From positions 1-59,939 of the forward strand of contig DASTSI010000216.1 of assembly GCA_035760745.1 (NCBI GenBank): a stretch of DNA of 59,939 bases, written 5' to 3'. The translations under genes and the position numbers were made by a program. Shown in pieces: positions 9,099-18,389 of this stretch; positions within the stretch are counted from its first letter, which is position 1, and each line of letters opens with the position of its first letter. This DNA comes from Nitrospira sp. (GTDB taxonomy: Bacteria; Nitrospirota; Nitrospiria; Nitrospirales; Nitrospiraceae). The notes below the pieces were generated by a model. It had not been told where the DNA came from. It saw only the letters and a program-made list of their open reading frames with translations, and searched no databases.

Positions 9099-9194
9099 AT
9101 GGCTAGCGTCCTGAAAAAGCGCCGGAAGAAAATGCGCAAGCACAAATACAAGAAGCTGCGCCGGCGCCAAAAGTTCTTACGCCGCAAGAGCTAA
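9099..9194 (+). CDS. AURKAIP1/COX24 domain small basic protein (bS22/mS38-like ribosomal protein), 31 aa
   Basis: MASVLKKRRKKMRKHKYKKLRRRQKFLRRKS*; matches the SVxKKRRKxMxKHKxxKL family pattern; strong RBS and promoter. Confidence 0.9.
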   Translation: MASVLKKRRKKMRKHKYKKLRRRQKFLRRKS

Positions 9195-9225
9195 AATCCC
9201 GTTCAGATCCATCCGGGAGGCGCCT

Positions 9226-9444
9226 GTGCCGGAAGGCAAGAAGGTTCGCATTCGCGTCCGGACGGTGAACTGCGTGTATGTGGGAGATTTTCTCATCCCG
9301 CCGATGCGCCACCGCGTCTCCGATGCGATCAATGAGGAGCAGCGGTTGTTCATCAATCTTACCGACGTCGTTATCAACAACGACGATCGTTCCGACTTCG
9401 TCGCGCTCAACAAGAACCTGATCGAATCCATCGCCCAAATCTGA
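9226..9444 (+). CDS. small hypothetical protein (DUF6812-like)
   Basis: 72 aa, GGAGG RBS, GTG start; R(V)SDAIN..FINLTD..FVALNKNLI pattern recalled for this family. Confidence 0.65.
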   Translation: MPEGKKVRIRVRTVNCVYVGDFLIPPMRHRVSDAINEEQRLFINLTDVVINNDDRSDFVALNKNLIESIAQI

Positions 9445-9516
9445 ATCTGCTGCCCCGGTCCTCTCCGTTTCACTTGGCTTTCGGATCGCCCCTCCACTAA
9501 GATCGCGGCACCAATC

Positions 9517-11247
9517 ATGGCATCCTTCTCGAGATTCCTTCCCTTCCTGAGACCCTACTTGCCCCGAATGGGATTGGCCGGGCTGCTCGTCATGATCGTG
9601 GCCGGTATCAATCTGGCGCTTCTTCGCCTGGCAGGCACCGTCTGGGATGTGATTACCGTGCAGCATGACGCCGGCCGCATGAGCGATCTTATCGCGGTGT
9701 TCCTCGGACTCGTGCTGGCGCAGGGATTGTGCTCGATGGGGCACAGCTACCTGACCGCCTGGGTATCCCAACGAATCATGGCGGATTTCCGCAACCATCT
9801 GTTCTCGCATCTCCAGGCTCTCTCGGTCAGCTTCTTCGCGCGGCGCCGGACGGGTGAGCTGCTGTCGAGACTGATGAACGACGTCACGGTCATTCAATCG
9901 GTCACCACCGAGACGCCGATCGACAGCGCCAAGCAGCTCGTCACCTTGCTCGGCGGGATCGGGTTTCTGCTGGTCATGAACTGGCGACTCTGCCTGCTCA
10001 TCCTTGTGCTGCTGCCGCTGCTCGTGTTAGTGGCACGCGTGTTCGGTCGGAGACTCAAGGCGCTGTCGACCTCGATCCAGGATCAGACGGCGGCGCTCAG
10101 CACGCTGATCGAAGAAGTCATTTCCGGTATCCGGATCGTCAAATCCTTCGTGCAAAGCGGCCGGGAAGAACGACGGTTCGCCGAACAAGTCGAGCGCGGT
10201 CTCGCGCTTACGATGCGGCGGGCAGGCGTCATGGCGCTGTTCATTCCGATCATCAGTCTGTTGACCTTCTCGGCCGCGGCGGCGGTCCTTTGGTACGGCG
10301 GCCGGCAAGTGATCGACGGCACCGTCTCTCCAGGCGATCTGTTTGCTTTCGTCTTGTTCGCCGGCATCCTGATCGGTCCCTTCAGCTCGGCTGCCCGACT
10401 CTTCGCGCAAGTCAGAGAGGCGCAGGGTGCGACGGCACGTATATTTGAAATTCTCGACGCCCGCCCCGAAGTGTCCGATTCAAAACTGGCGGTACCATTG
10501 CAGCACGTCAAAGGGTCGCTCCGGTTCGAACAGGTGACCTTCGCGTATGACCCTCGGCGGCCGGTGCTCAGCAATATTTCGTTCGAGGTCGATCCGGGAG
10601 AACTCATCGCGATCGTGGGTCCGACCGGTTCCGGAAAATCCACCCTGATCAACCTCTTGCACCGGTTCTACGATCCAACCGAGGGAAGAATCACTGTTGA
10701 CGGCATTGATTTACGGGATGTCGCGCTGGAGAGTTGGTACCGACAACTTGCCCTGGTCCCGCAGGAAACAGTGCTCTTTGGCGGCACGATTCTCGAAAAC
10801 ATTCGGTATGGCGACCCCCGGGCCGATCACGAGGCCGTCCTCGCCGCCAGCCGAGCCGCTCACGCGCATGATTTCATCACCGGGCTGCCGGACTCGTACG
10901 AGACCGTGATTGGAGAAAAGGGAGTGAACCTCTCGGGCGGGCAGCGCCAACGGATCGCGATTGCGCGAGCCATCTTGAAGAACCCCCGGATTTTGCTGCT
11001 GGACGAAGCAACGTCTTCTCTCGACAGTGAATCGGAACGGCTCGTTCAAGACGCGCTCGAACGCCTCATGACCAGGCGTACGACATTCGTCGTGGCGCAT
11101 CGCCTGACGACGATACAGCGCGCGGACCGCATCATTGTGCTGAACCAAGGCAGGCTCGTGGAGTCGGGCACGCATGGAGAGTTGATGGAACGAAAGGGAC
11201 TCTACCACTATTTGTATACGATCCGCCTGAATGAAGTACCGTCGTAG
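9517..11247 (+). CDS. ABC exporter, fused TMD-NBD (MsbA-like)
   Basis: Hydrophobic N-terminal TM domain, Walker A GPTGSGKST, LSGGQRQR, LLLDEATS, AHRL. Confidence 0.92.
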   Translation: MASFSRFLPFLRPYLPRMGLAGLLVMIVAGINLALLRLAGTVWDVITVQHDAGRMSDLIAVFLGLVLAQGLCSMGHSYLTAWVSQRIMADFRNHLFSHLQALSVSFFARRRTGELLSRLMNDVTVIQSVTTETPIDSAKQLVTLLGGIGFLLVMNWRLCLLILVLLPLLVLVARVFGRRLKALSTSIQDQTAALSTLIEEVISGIRIVKSFVQSGREERRFAEQVERGLALTMRRAGVMALFIPIISLLTFSAAAAVLWYGGRQVIDGTVSPGDLFAFVLFAGILIGPFSSAARLFAQVREAQGATARIFEILDARPEVSDSKLAVPLQHVKGSLRFEQVTFAYDPRRPVLSNISFEVDPGELIAIVGPTGSGKSTLINLLHRFYDPTEGRITVDGIDLRDVALESWYRQLALVPQETVLFGGTILENIRYGDPRADHEAVLAASRAAHAHDFITGLPDSYETVIGEKGVNLSGGQRQRIAIARAILKNPRILLLDEATSSLDSESERLVQDALERLMTRRTTFVVAHRLTTIQRADRIIVLNQGRLVESGTHGELMERKGLYHYLYTIRLNEVPS

Positions 11248-11248
11248 T

Positions 11249-11764
11249 CTAGTCGACCCACTGCACATCCTTGTCGGCCGATGCAGCCTGGAAGTGGTGA
11301 GGCTCGACGGGAGGGCCGGCCAACGCCTCGGCGACCGAGCTCAGCAAGAGGTCCTTGCTCAGCGGCTTCGGGAGGAATCGCGCGGGGTCCAGGGCGATCC
11401 CCTGTTTGGCTAGGTCCGAGTGCGACCGTGCCGACATGTACAGGACCCGGACCGCCTTTTTGACCGTCAACATCTGCGACACCAATTCGTGGCCGTTGAC
11501 CCGGGCATAACGCTTGTCCCCAGACGCCAATTGAAAATCCGGCGGCGGCAAGAAGATATCGACCAGCGCCACGTCGAACGAATCTGCCCCGTCCGCACCG
11601 TCCGCACCGGACGAGCAGAGCTCCATCGCCTCCGGGCTCCCTTCCACTGTCCGGACTTGAAATCCCGATTCACGGAGAACCTTCTCGCAGAACAACCTGA
11701 CGGTCGCATCATCATCGACCACCAAGATTTTGACGCGTCGGCCCGGGGTGTTTGAATCGGTCAT
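11249..11764 (-). CDS. single-domain response regulator with insertions
   Basis: ILVVDDD, phosphoacceptor ALVD, LYMS, FLPKP. Confidence 0.8.
   Translation of the reverse strand: MTDSNTPGRRVKILVVDDDATVRLFCEKVLRESGFQVRTVEGSPEAMELCSSGADGADGADSFDVALVDIFLPPPDFQLASGDKRYARVNGHELVSQMLTVKKAVRVLYMSARSHSDLAKQGIALDPARFLPKPLSKDLLLSSVAEALAGPPVEPHHFQAASADKDVQWVD
11589..11609. repeat. 9-bp tandem repeat (CCGTCCGCA x2.3) encoding GADGADGAD
   Basis: Read directly from the sequence. Confidence 0.8.
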
Positions 11765-11800
11765 GACAGTCTTGCGAGATGGTCGCTGCCTTTCTCATCC

Positions 11801-11828
11801 ATATCGGCCGGTTCCTTATTGCCCTTAA
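11801..11828 (-). promoter_or_regulatory. sigma-28 (FliA)-type promoter of the response regulator
   Basis: TTAAG-N15-GCCGATAT. Confidence 0.7.
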
Positions 11829-11856
11829 GCCGAGTTCTGTCCCTGGCGCTCTTCGC

Positions 11857-11884
11857 TCAAGCCGATCATTGCGATTTCCGACAT
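11857..11884 (+). promoter_or_regulatory. sigma-28-type promoter of the REC-HDOD gene
   Basis: TCAAG-N15-TCCGACAT. Confidence 0.55.
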
Positions 11885-11909
11885 AGACGGGATGTCAGGC
11901 CACTGAAGG

Positions 11910-12932
11910 ATGCCGATGAAAAGACTCCTCGTCGTCGACGATGATCCAGGAACCTTGCCGCTGCTTCGCGGCATGTTGTCCGACATTTCGGAAGACTGGA
12001 CCATCGAGGCAGCCGCCACGCCTGAAGAGGCGCTAGAACGGCTCTCCTCCACGTCGTTCGACGCCGTACTTTCGAGCACTCACCTCAATGGAGGAGGCGG
12101 CATCCAACTGCTCTCCGATGTCAAAACCCAGGCGCCTGACGCGGTGAGGATCGCGATGGATTGCGCGGCGCATCGATCAGCCATCCTTCGCGCACTTGAG
12201 GTCGCCCATCAGTTTCTGCCCAAACCTCTCGACCCCGCAGGACTGAAGGCCGTGCTCGCCCGGGACAGGCCTCGTGCGAGACCGGATGACGAACGACTCG
12301 ATTCGCCGCCTGATCGCCGAAGTCCGCACCCTTCCCAGTCTTCCGGCGATCTACCGAGAATTAGTGGACGCCCTCGAATCTCCGCAGGCCGCGGTCGACA
12401 CAGCCGCACGGATCATTTCCAAGGACATGACGATGGTGAGCAAGATCCTCCAAGTCGTCAACAGCTCCTATTTCAGCTTTCAGCCTCCGGCGGACCATTT
12501 CCAGCCCTGGTCACGCCACGCCATCGCATTGCTGGGGATTGAAACGATAAAGTCCCTGGCGTTGGCCCTGCACGCCTTCTCGGAATCCAGCCAGCGTACG
12601 CTTCCCGTTTCCGCGGATACGCTCTGGACGCACGGGAGGAGGTGGGCACCACCGCTCGGGCCATCTCCGTTTCGGAACGGCTCGGCGACAGCATAGTCGA
12701 AGCCATCACCCATCATCACACCCCAGCAGCCGCAACACGAAACGAATTTTCCCCGCTGACTGCCGTCCATGCCGCGGATGTCCTCCACGAAGAAGGCGAT
12801 CGGTCGATGGCCCCGAGGCAGCGAACGTCGCTCGATATGGCGCATCTCACGGCCTGCGCCCTCGCCGACCATGTCGCACCATGGCGGAACGCCATCCCGA
12901 AGACTGTGTCAGGGAAGAGCGCGTGTTGCTAG
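11910..12932 (+). pseudogene. REC-HDOD domain response regulator, frameshifted and internally deleted
   Basis: REC in ORF 11910, HDOD N-part (LPSLPAIY, ILQVVNSSYF, LLG) in ORF 12274, HDOD C-part (IVEAITHHH, VHAAD) in ORF 12642; the LLHDIG..HAExG core is missing. Confidence 0.8.
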
Positions 12933-13288
12933 CAGTTCCGACCCGCCTCGAGGGCTTCGCGGAGAGCCTTTTCGAGCTCATCCAGTCGAGTTTCCAGGGC
13001 GGGCCTCAGCGCGGAAGCCGAAGTAAGATCGCCCTGCCGGCACAACTCTTCCGTCCGCCTTACGATGTCGACTGCCATGAAAGCGCAGAACTGCATGACC
13101 GATCCTTTCAGCCGATGCGCCACCGAGGCCGCGGATCCCCGCTCGGCCCTGTGAAGCGCGGCCCGAAGCGTCTCGACGTCTTTCCTGTATTCCTTGAGGA
13201 ACAAGGCCGCGAGCTCCCCGAACAGTTCTCGATCCCCGTCGAGGCGAGTCAGGGTCTCTTCCAGATCAAAAACCGGGTCAGCCGCCAT
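12929..13288 (-). CDS. stand-alone Hpt phosphotransfer protein
   Basis: RLDGDRELFGEL..FL, AHRLKGS. Confidence 0.88.
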   Translation of the reverse strand: MAADPVFDLEETLTRLDGDRELFGELAALFLKEYRKDVETLRAALHRAERGSAASVAHRLKGSVMQFCAFMAVDIVRRTEELCRQGDLTSASALRPALETRLDELEKALREALEAGRNC

Positions 13289-13320
13289 ACGCCATGCTCC
13301 GAAATCCCGACGTCATCGTC

Positions 13321-14601
13321 TCAGCTTGAACGTTCGCCCCGCGGCATCCCGAAAGTGGCTTGTGGCGAGCCGGAGTCGGCGTCCGTCGCCTCGCTCCTCT
13401 CCAAACCGACCAAGGCGGCATCATCGTCAAAATGTTTCGCCTGCTGCCAGGCTCGTGATTCCTTGAGGCAGCGGTCGATCACCATGTCGAGCGGCGCGGC
13501 CGCGGTTTGCTCCAGGAGGTGCTGGAGACGTTCTCGTCCCCACAACTCCCCGCTCCCGGACATCGTTTCGTACAGCCCGTCGCTCATCATATAGATCCGG
13601 TCGTGGGGACGGACCCTGCAGACACCCGGGGCAAAGGCTGCATCGGGCATGAAGCCCAGCGGCATGGCCGGCTGCGTCAGCCAGATCGACGCGTGTCCGG
13701 GACGACAGAGAATGGCGCCGGGATGCCCGGCTGACACCCAGGAGAGCGTCCATGTTTTCAACTCAAGCGTGGCGATCCAGAGGGTGAAATAATGCCCTTC
13801 GCTTGTCATCGGAAATCTTCGGTTCGCCTCGGCGGCGATCGCCGCGGGATCGTATGAGCCGACGACTCGGATTACTTGTTCAGGATGCAGGAAGGTCGCC
13901 ATGGCGGCCGCCCGCAGAGCCGCGGACACCCCATGGCCCGACGCATCCAGCATGTACAGGCCCAGACGGTCGGTTCCCCATCGACTGACGCCGAATAGAT
14001 CCCCGCCGAGCGCGAGCGAGGGCAAGTAACGATAGGCCATGCGCAGGCCCGGAGCAGGGCTGCCTTGCTCCGGAAGGAGCGATTCGACGAACTGCGCCGA
14101 AGAGGCCAGGTCTTCATCGAGAATCTGCTGCTTGGCCAATAACTCTTGTCGAGATCGGTCCAGGCGGTCTCGCGTATTTTCCAGTTGCCGCACGAGCGCA
14201 TGAGTCCGTAAGGCGGCGCGCACGCGAGCCACGATCTCTTGAATTGAGGCCGCCTTGCTGAGGAAGTCGTCCGCGCCGCGAGCCAACCCCTCCGCGATCT
14301 GATCCGGCTGATCGTGGGCGGTCATCATGATGATCTGGCTGGTGGCCAATAGCGGATCCACTCGCACCGCTTCGCACAATGTGGGTCCGTCCATTTCCGG
14401 CATCATCCAATCCACAATCACGAGGTCCGGCCGCAAATCCCGCATCCTCTGCAGTCCTCGCGCTCCGTCCGGCGCCTCGTGGACGGCATATCCGAGCTTC
14501 GCCAACCGTCTCGCCAGACTGTGCCTGGCTACCGGCTCGTCGTCGATCACCAGGATCGTAGCCGATGGTTCGCACGACGCTGCGGAAGAGGGATGAGACA
14601 T
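13321..14601 (-). CDS. REC + PP2C/SpoIIE serine phosphatase (RsbU/RsbP-like)
   Basis: REC IVDWMMP; PP2C motifs GGDLF, DASGHG, AGHP, SDGLYE, DDAAL. Confidence 0.92.
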   Translation of the reverse strand: MSHPSSAASCEPSATILVIDDEPVARHSLARRLAKLGYAVHEAPDGARGLQRMRDLRPDLVIVDWMMPEMDGPTLCEAVRVDPLLATSQIIMMTAHDQPDQIAEGLARGADDFLSKAASIQEIVARVRAALRTHALVRQLENTRDRLDRSRQELLAKQQILDEDLASSAQFVESLLPEQGSPAPGLRMAYRYLPSLALGGDLFGVSRWGTDRLGLYMLDASGHGVSAALRAAAMATFLHPEQVIRVVGSYDPAAIAAEANRRFPMTSEGHYFTLWIATLELKTWTLSWVSAGHPGAILCRPGHASIWLTQPAMPLGFMPDAAFAPGVCRVRPHDRIYMMSDGLYETMSGSGELWGRERLQHLLEQTAAAPLDMVIDRCLKESRAWQQAKHFDDDAALVGLERSEATDADSGSPQATFGMPRGERSS

Positions 14602-14610
14602 GTCGGGAGA

Positions 14611-14952
14611 TCAGGCTACCGAGGTGGAAGCGAGTGCTTCGGATTCCGAGCCGAAAATCGGGATCAGCGCAGAAATATTGGCTAACATCATGATTTCTCG
14701 GACATAACTTTGCGGCTGGACGATGCTGAATTGCATCTTGCTGAGCTTCAGGCTCTGGGACAGGAGGGCGAGAAGACCGAGCCCCGCGCTGTCCAGGAAC
14801 TGCACCTCTTCCATGTTCAAGACGAGATGGCGACAAGCGGTCTGCTTCACCTGTTCGACGGCGGCTTTGAACGTCGCGCGGTTGTCATACGTCAAATCCC
14901 CCTTGAGCGCGAGGATCGTCGCCTCCTTGCATGTTCGTTGAGTGATGTGCAT
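14611..14952 (-). CDS. STAS domain anti-sigma factor antagonist 1
   Basis: LKGDL, VQFLDSAGLGLL with phospho-Ser. Confidence 0.9.
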   Translation of the reverse strand: MHITQRTCKEATILALKGDLTYDNRATFKAAVEQVKQTACRHLVLNMEEVQFLDSAGLGLLALLSQSLKLSKMQFSIVQPQSYVREIMMLANISALIPIFGSESEALASTSVA

Positions 14953-14983
14953 CTGTCCCCTTTCACGAAGCCCTTGGCGGCGG

Positions 14984-15355
14984 TCAAGGGACCGTACACC
15001 CGATCGCCTCGCGTTCGGAATGATAAATCGGAACGATTTTCGGGATCCCGGAGATCATCAGCAATTTGGAGACCTGCTCCGTCGGCATCAGCAGGCCAAA
15101 CTCTCGTTGACAAGACTCAAGGCGCCGATACGTGAGTGCAAGCAGGCCGAGTGCGACGCTATCGATGAAATGGACGTGACGGAGATCCAGAACCACCCTC
15201 GCGCATCCCGCATCGAGCGAGCGATCCACGGCGGCGACCAATTCCGCCCGATCTTGATAACGCAGAGCGCCGCGAAGGGACACCAGCGAACAGTTGTCAT
15301 GAAGAATCATGTCGGCAATCACACCGGCTTCCCTCCTGCGCCGCTGCGCGTTCAT
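14984..15355 (-). CDS. STAS domain anti-sigma factor antagonist 2
   Basis: LRGAL, VVLDLRHVHFIDSVALGLL; start either ATG 15355 (ATGA overlap) or GTG 15322 after AGGAGG. Confidence 0.85.
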   Translation of the reverse strand: MNAQRRRREAGVIADMILHDNCSLVSLRGALRYQDRAELVAAVDRSLDAGCARVVLDLRHVHFIDSVALGLLALTYRRLESCQREFGLLMPTEQVSKLLMISGIPKIVPIYHSEREAIGCTVP

Positions 15356-16044
15356 CGCCCTGTCGCCGCCGCTTTCGGCATCTCGGAAGCCGCGGCACCG
15401 GCCTGGGGAAGACGAACCACGGCTGTCACTTCGCTTCCGTTTTGCCGGTACTCCAGCCGGGAGAAGCTCGTGAGAAGGGCGGTCGCGATACCCCGGCCGT
15501 GGCTGTCGAGCATGCGTTCGGGGCCAAACTCCAGATACGGACGCCAATCGAATCCGGGTCCCTGATCCGTGATCGTCAGGATCACTTCATTTGGCATTCG
15601 TTCCACTCGCACCGCGGCATAGCGAGCGGCATATTTGGGCAACAGCAAACGGCGGGCGACTTCCCGTTCCAGCTGGTTGGCCAGTACGAGCCGGGTCTTT
15701 TCTTCGTAGCCGATCTCCAAGTTCCCGTGTTCGACGGCGTTCAGAAGCAATTCTCCGATGCCGACCGCGGCACGGGCGGAATCGGGGCACATCGCCGCGA
15801 GGAAGGTCGTCAGCTGCGAAGCCTCTTCCGGCGTCCGGAACGCAAATCGGACTTCACGCAACAGATGCAGCGAACCGAGCAGGTCATGCGCGGCCGCCTC
15901 GGCACGGTTTGCGACTTGGCACAACAAGTCCATCATCCCGCCCCTGCCTCCCCCGCTCCCGGCCTTCCAGTCAACGGTGCCATCCCCGGCCAGTTCCCGA
16001 ATTTGAAGCGCAATGGTCTCCAGCACGCTCACGGGGTCCGGCAC
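15352..16044 (-). CDS. HATPase_c anti-sigma factor / serine kinase (RsbW/SpoIIAB-like)
   Basis: ELLLNAVEHGN, ITDQGPGFD, HGRGI, GSEV. Confidence 0.85.
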   Translation of the reverse strand: MPDPVSVLETIALQIRELAGDGTVDWKAGSGGGRGGMMDLLCQVANRAEAAAHDLLGSLHLLREVRFAFRTPEEASQLTTFLAAMCPDSARAAVGIGELLLNAVEHGNLEIGYEEKTRLVLANQLEREVARRLLLPKYAARYAAVRVERMPNEVILTITDQGPGFDWRPYLEFGPERMLDSHGRGIATALLTSFSRLEYRQNGSEVTAVVRLPQAGAAASEMPKAAATGR

Positions 16045-16075
16045 CTCGACTCCTCACCGTCTCAGTCCAAGCGAA

Positions 16076-16903
16076 TCATTGATCACGTCCCGACCTCGGG
16101 AACAGGTTCGGAGGAACCGAACGCGGTGCGGCTTCACCACCGGTCGCTTCGCTTCCGTTCCACCGCGACATCGGATTCATTTCCGCCGTCGGCCGCCGCT
16201 CCGCAAGCACGATGATCTCCACGCGCCGATTTTTCGCCCGGTGCTCGGGCGTGAGATTGTCCGCTTTGGGAAGGGAATCGGCCCGTCCCACCGCGCTGAG
16301 GTGGCTGGGCGGCACACCATAGAGTTCCGTCATGACGCGCAGCGCGGTCACCGCCCGTATGGCGGACAGCTCCCAGTTCGAGGGATATTGCGTCGTGCGG
16401 ATCGGCACGTTGTCCGTGTGGCCCTCGATCCGGATTTCTCTGTCCAGTTCAAGCAAGATTTCCGACAGCGCTTTCAGGAATGGCAGCGCGTCAGAGCGCA
16501 GATTGGCCTCTCCGCTGTTGAACATGACATGCTCCGGCACGGTCAGGACGATCTCGCCGGTTGAATGTTCCTCCATTTCCACGAGCTCGAGCCCGGTCGC
16601 TTCCTTCAATGAATTCATGATGGCTCTGAGCCGGCGTATGACCGGTTCTTTTGCGTCAGCCGGCGCGTGCAAGACGGAGGGCTTCGCTGTGCCGACGGTA
16701 AAGGCCAACTTGGAAGCCGGGGCGCTCACGACCGGATTCAGCGCCGCTCTGATCGACTCGCTGACCGTCCGGTATTTCCCCTCATTGACCGACGAGACCG
16801 AATACATCACGACAAAGAAGGCAAACAACAGAGTGATGAAATCCGCATAGGACACCAGCCACCGTTCGTGATTCTCATGATCTTCATGCTTCGGCTTCTT
16901 CAT
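16076..16903 (-). CDS. motB: flagellar stator protein MotB
   Basis: WLVSYADFITLLFAFF, EGHTD, NWELSAIRA, NRRVEI. Confidence 0.95.
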   Translation of the reverse strand: MKKPKHEDHENHERWLVSYADFITLLFAFFVVMYSVSSVNEGKYRTVSESIRAALNPVVSAPASKLAFTVGTAKPSVLHAPADAKEPVIRRLRAIMNSLKEATGLELVEMEEHSTGEIVLTVPEHVMFNSGEANLRSDALPFLKALSEILLELDREIRIEGHTDNVPIRTTQYPSNWELSAIRAVTALRVMTELYGVPPSHLSAVGRADSLPKADNLTPEHRAKNRRVEIIVLAERRPTAEMNPMSRWNGSEATGGEAAPRSVPPNLFPRSGRDQ

Positions 16904-16986
16904 GCTATTCGCGAGCGACCATACCGAGCGCGCAGGCCGTGCCTGCCCTCACCGCGATTCACCATTATGGACCCTGCACGCGCTCT

Positions 16987-17757
16987 TTACTTCTTCGATT
17001 CCGTCGTCCGCTCGGAATGCGGGAGGAAGCTTTCCAGCTTCTCTTGGAGCAGCCGAGGATTTTCTCCCTGTGCCAGTCCGACCAGTCCCATGATCATCAT
17101 GGTCCGGAGGGCGGCCTCTTGCTTGAGCTTGAATTTGATCTTGTTGGCAATCGGCAGAAACAGAAGGTTCGCCGCGCCGACGCCGTACACGGTCGCCACA
17201 AATGCCACGGCGATCCCGCCTCCCAGCTTCGTGGGATCGGCAAGATTTTCCATGACGTGAATGAGCCCCAGGACCGCGCCCAGGATGCCGACGGTCGGCG
17301 CATACCCGCCCGCCGCCTCCCAGACCTTGGCGGCGGCGAGCCCATCTTCCTCCTGGTGTTCGATTTCGATCTCCAAGATCTCATGAACGGCCTTCGGATC
17401 GGTGCCGTCGACGATCAACTGCACGCCCTTGGCCATAAACGCGTCGCCGATGTCTTTGAGCTTGGCTTCCAGGGCGAGCAGGCCCTGCTTCCTCGACACA
17501 TTGGCCAATTCGAGGATGAGCCGAATCGTCCCCTTCGTGTCATGGCTCGGGTTGCCGATCGCAAGAGACAGCTTGCTGAAGGCGCGAATCACCACCGGCA
17601 AGGGATTTTGGACGCAGCAGGCACCGATCGTCCCGCCGATGACGATCACGAAGGCGGTGAGTTGCATGATTGAACTCAAATGCCCGCCTTCGAGGTGCTG
17701 CCCTCCGACGATGGAGCCGATCGCAATCACAATCCCGAGTATCGTTGCAATATCCAC
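16987..17757 (-). CDS. motA: flagellar stator protein MotA (MotC-like)
   Basis: RKQGLLALE, GVQLIVDG, YAPTVGILGAVLGLI, AFVATVYGV. Confidence 0.95.
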   Translation of the reverse strand: MDIATILGIVIAIGSIVGGQHLEGGHLSSIMQLTAFVIVIGGTIGACCVQNPLPVVIRAFSKLSLAIGNPSHDTKGTIRLILELANVSRKQGLLALEAKLKDIGDAFMAKGVQLIVDGTDPKAVHEILEIEIEHQEEDGLAAAKVWEAAGGYAPTVGILGAVLGLIHVMENLADPTKLGGGIAVAFVATVYGVGAANLLFLPIANKIKFKLKQEAALRTMMIMGLVGLAQGENPRLLQEKLESFLPHSERTTESKK

Positions 17758-17797
17758 GGCGTTTGTTCCCTTTTCCGCGGCTGCAGCGGATCATGGC

Positions 17798-18376
17798 TTA
17801 CACCGAACGTGGCCCATGCTGAACCGCACCGCCGTCGAGCGCCGCTTGTTCGTGGGGCATGAGCAAACGGTTCAAGTCCAGCACGATCAGCAGCCGGTCC
17901 TCGATCCGCCCGACCCCCTGCGTGAATTCTGCGCCCGCAGAGCTTCCGACGGATGGCGGGGGCTCGATGGCCGATTTCGGAATGCGAAGCACCTCGACCA
18001 CTTCATCGACAATGAGCCCCACCATGCGCTGTCGGACGAGCACCACCATGATCCGCGAGTCGTCCGTCTGATCGGCGGGTGGAAGTCCGAACCGCCGGCG
18101 CAAGTCGAGCACCGGGATGATGCGGCCGCGCAGGTTGATGACGCCCTCCACGAAGAAGGGCGCCTTCGGAACCCGGGTCACTTCGACCATACGATTGATC
18201 TCCTGCACGCTCAGCACGTCGAGCGCGAATTCTTCGTGCCCGATGCGGCAGGTGACGAACTGACAGAGGTCGTCACCGCCCGCCGCCTCCTTGCCGCCCT
18301 GCCTCGCTCCGGCCGCCGCCACCCCCGAACCGGATGCGGCGCCCGTTTTTTCTTCGACGATCATCGGCATCTCCAT
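17798..18376 (-). CDS. cheW: chemotaxis coupling protein CheW
   Basis: VQEIN, TRVPKAP, GVINLRGRIIPVLDLR, GLIVDEV; start uncertain (18376/18370/18364). Confidence 0.93.
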   Translation of the reverse strand: MEMPMIVEEKTGAASGSGVAAAGARQGGKEAAGGDDLCQFVTCRIGHEEFALDVLSVQEINRMVEVTRVPKAPFFVEGVINLRGRIIPVLDLRRRFGLPPADQTDDSRIMVVLVRQRMVGLIVDEVVEVLRIPKSAIEPPPSVGSSAGAEFTQGVGRIEDRLLIVLDLNRLLMPHEQAALDGGAVQHGPRSV

Positions 18377-18389
18377 CTCTGGTCCATGA

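Noticed and set aside
8990-9187. N-terminal extension of the 8495-9187 ORF
   Set aside because: Antisense to the bS22-like gene and spans two promoters; the lipoprotein signal starts at 8989
11910-12932. Programmed frameshifting in the REC-HDOD gene
   Set aside because: Several independent lesions and a core deletion, with no slippery heptamer; decay is the simpler explanation
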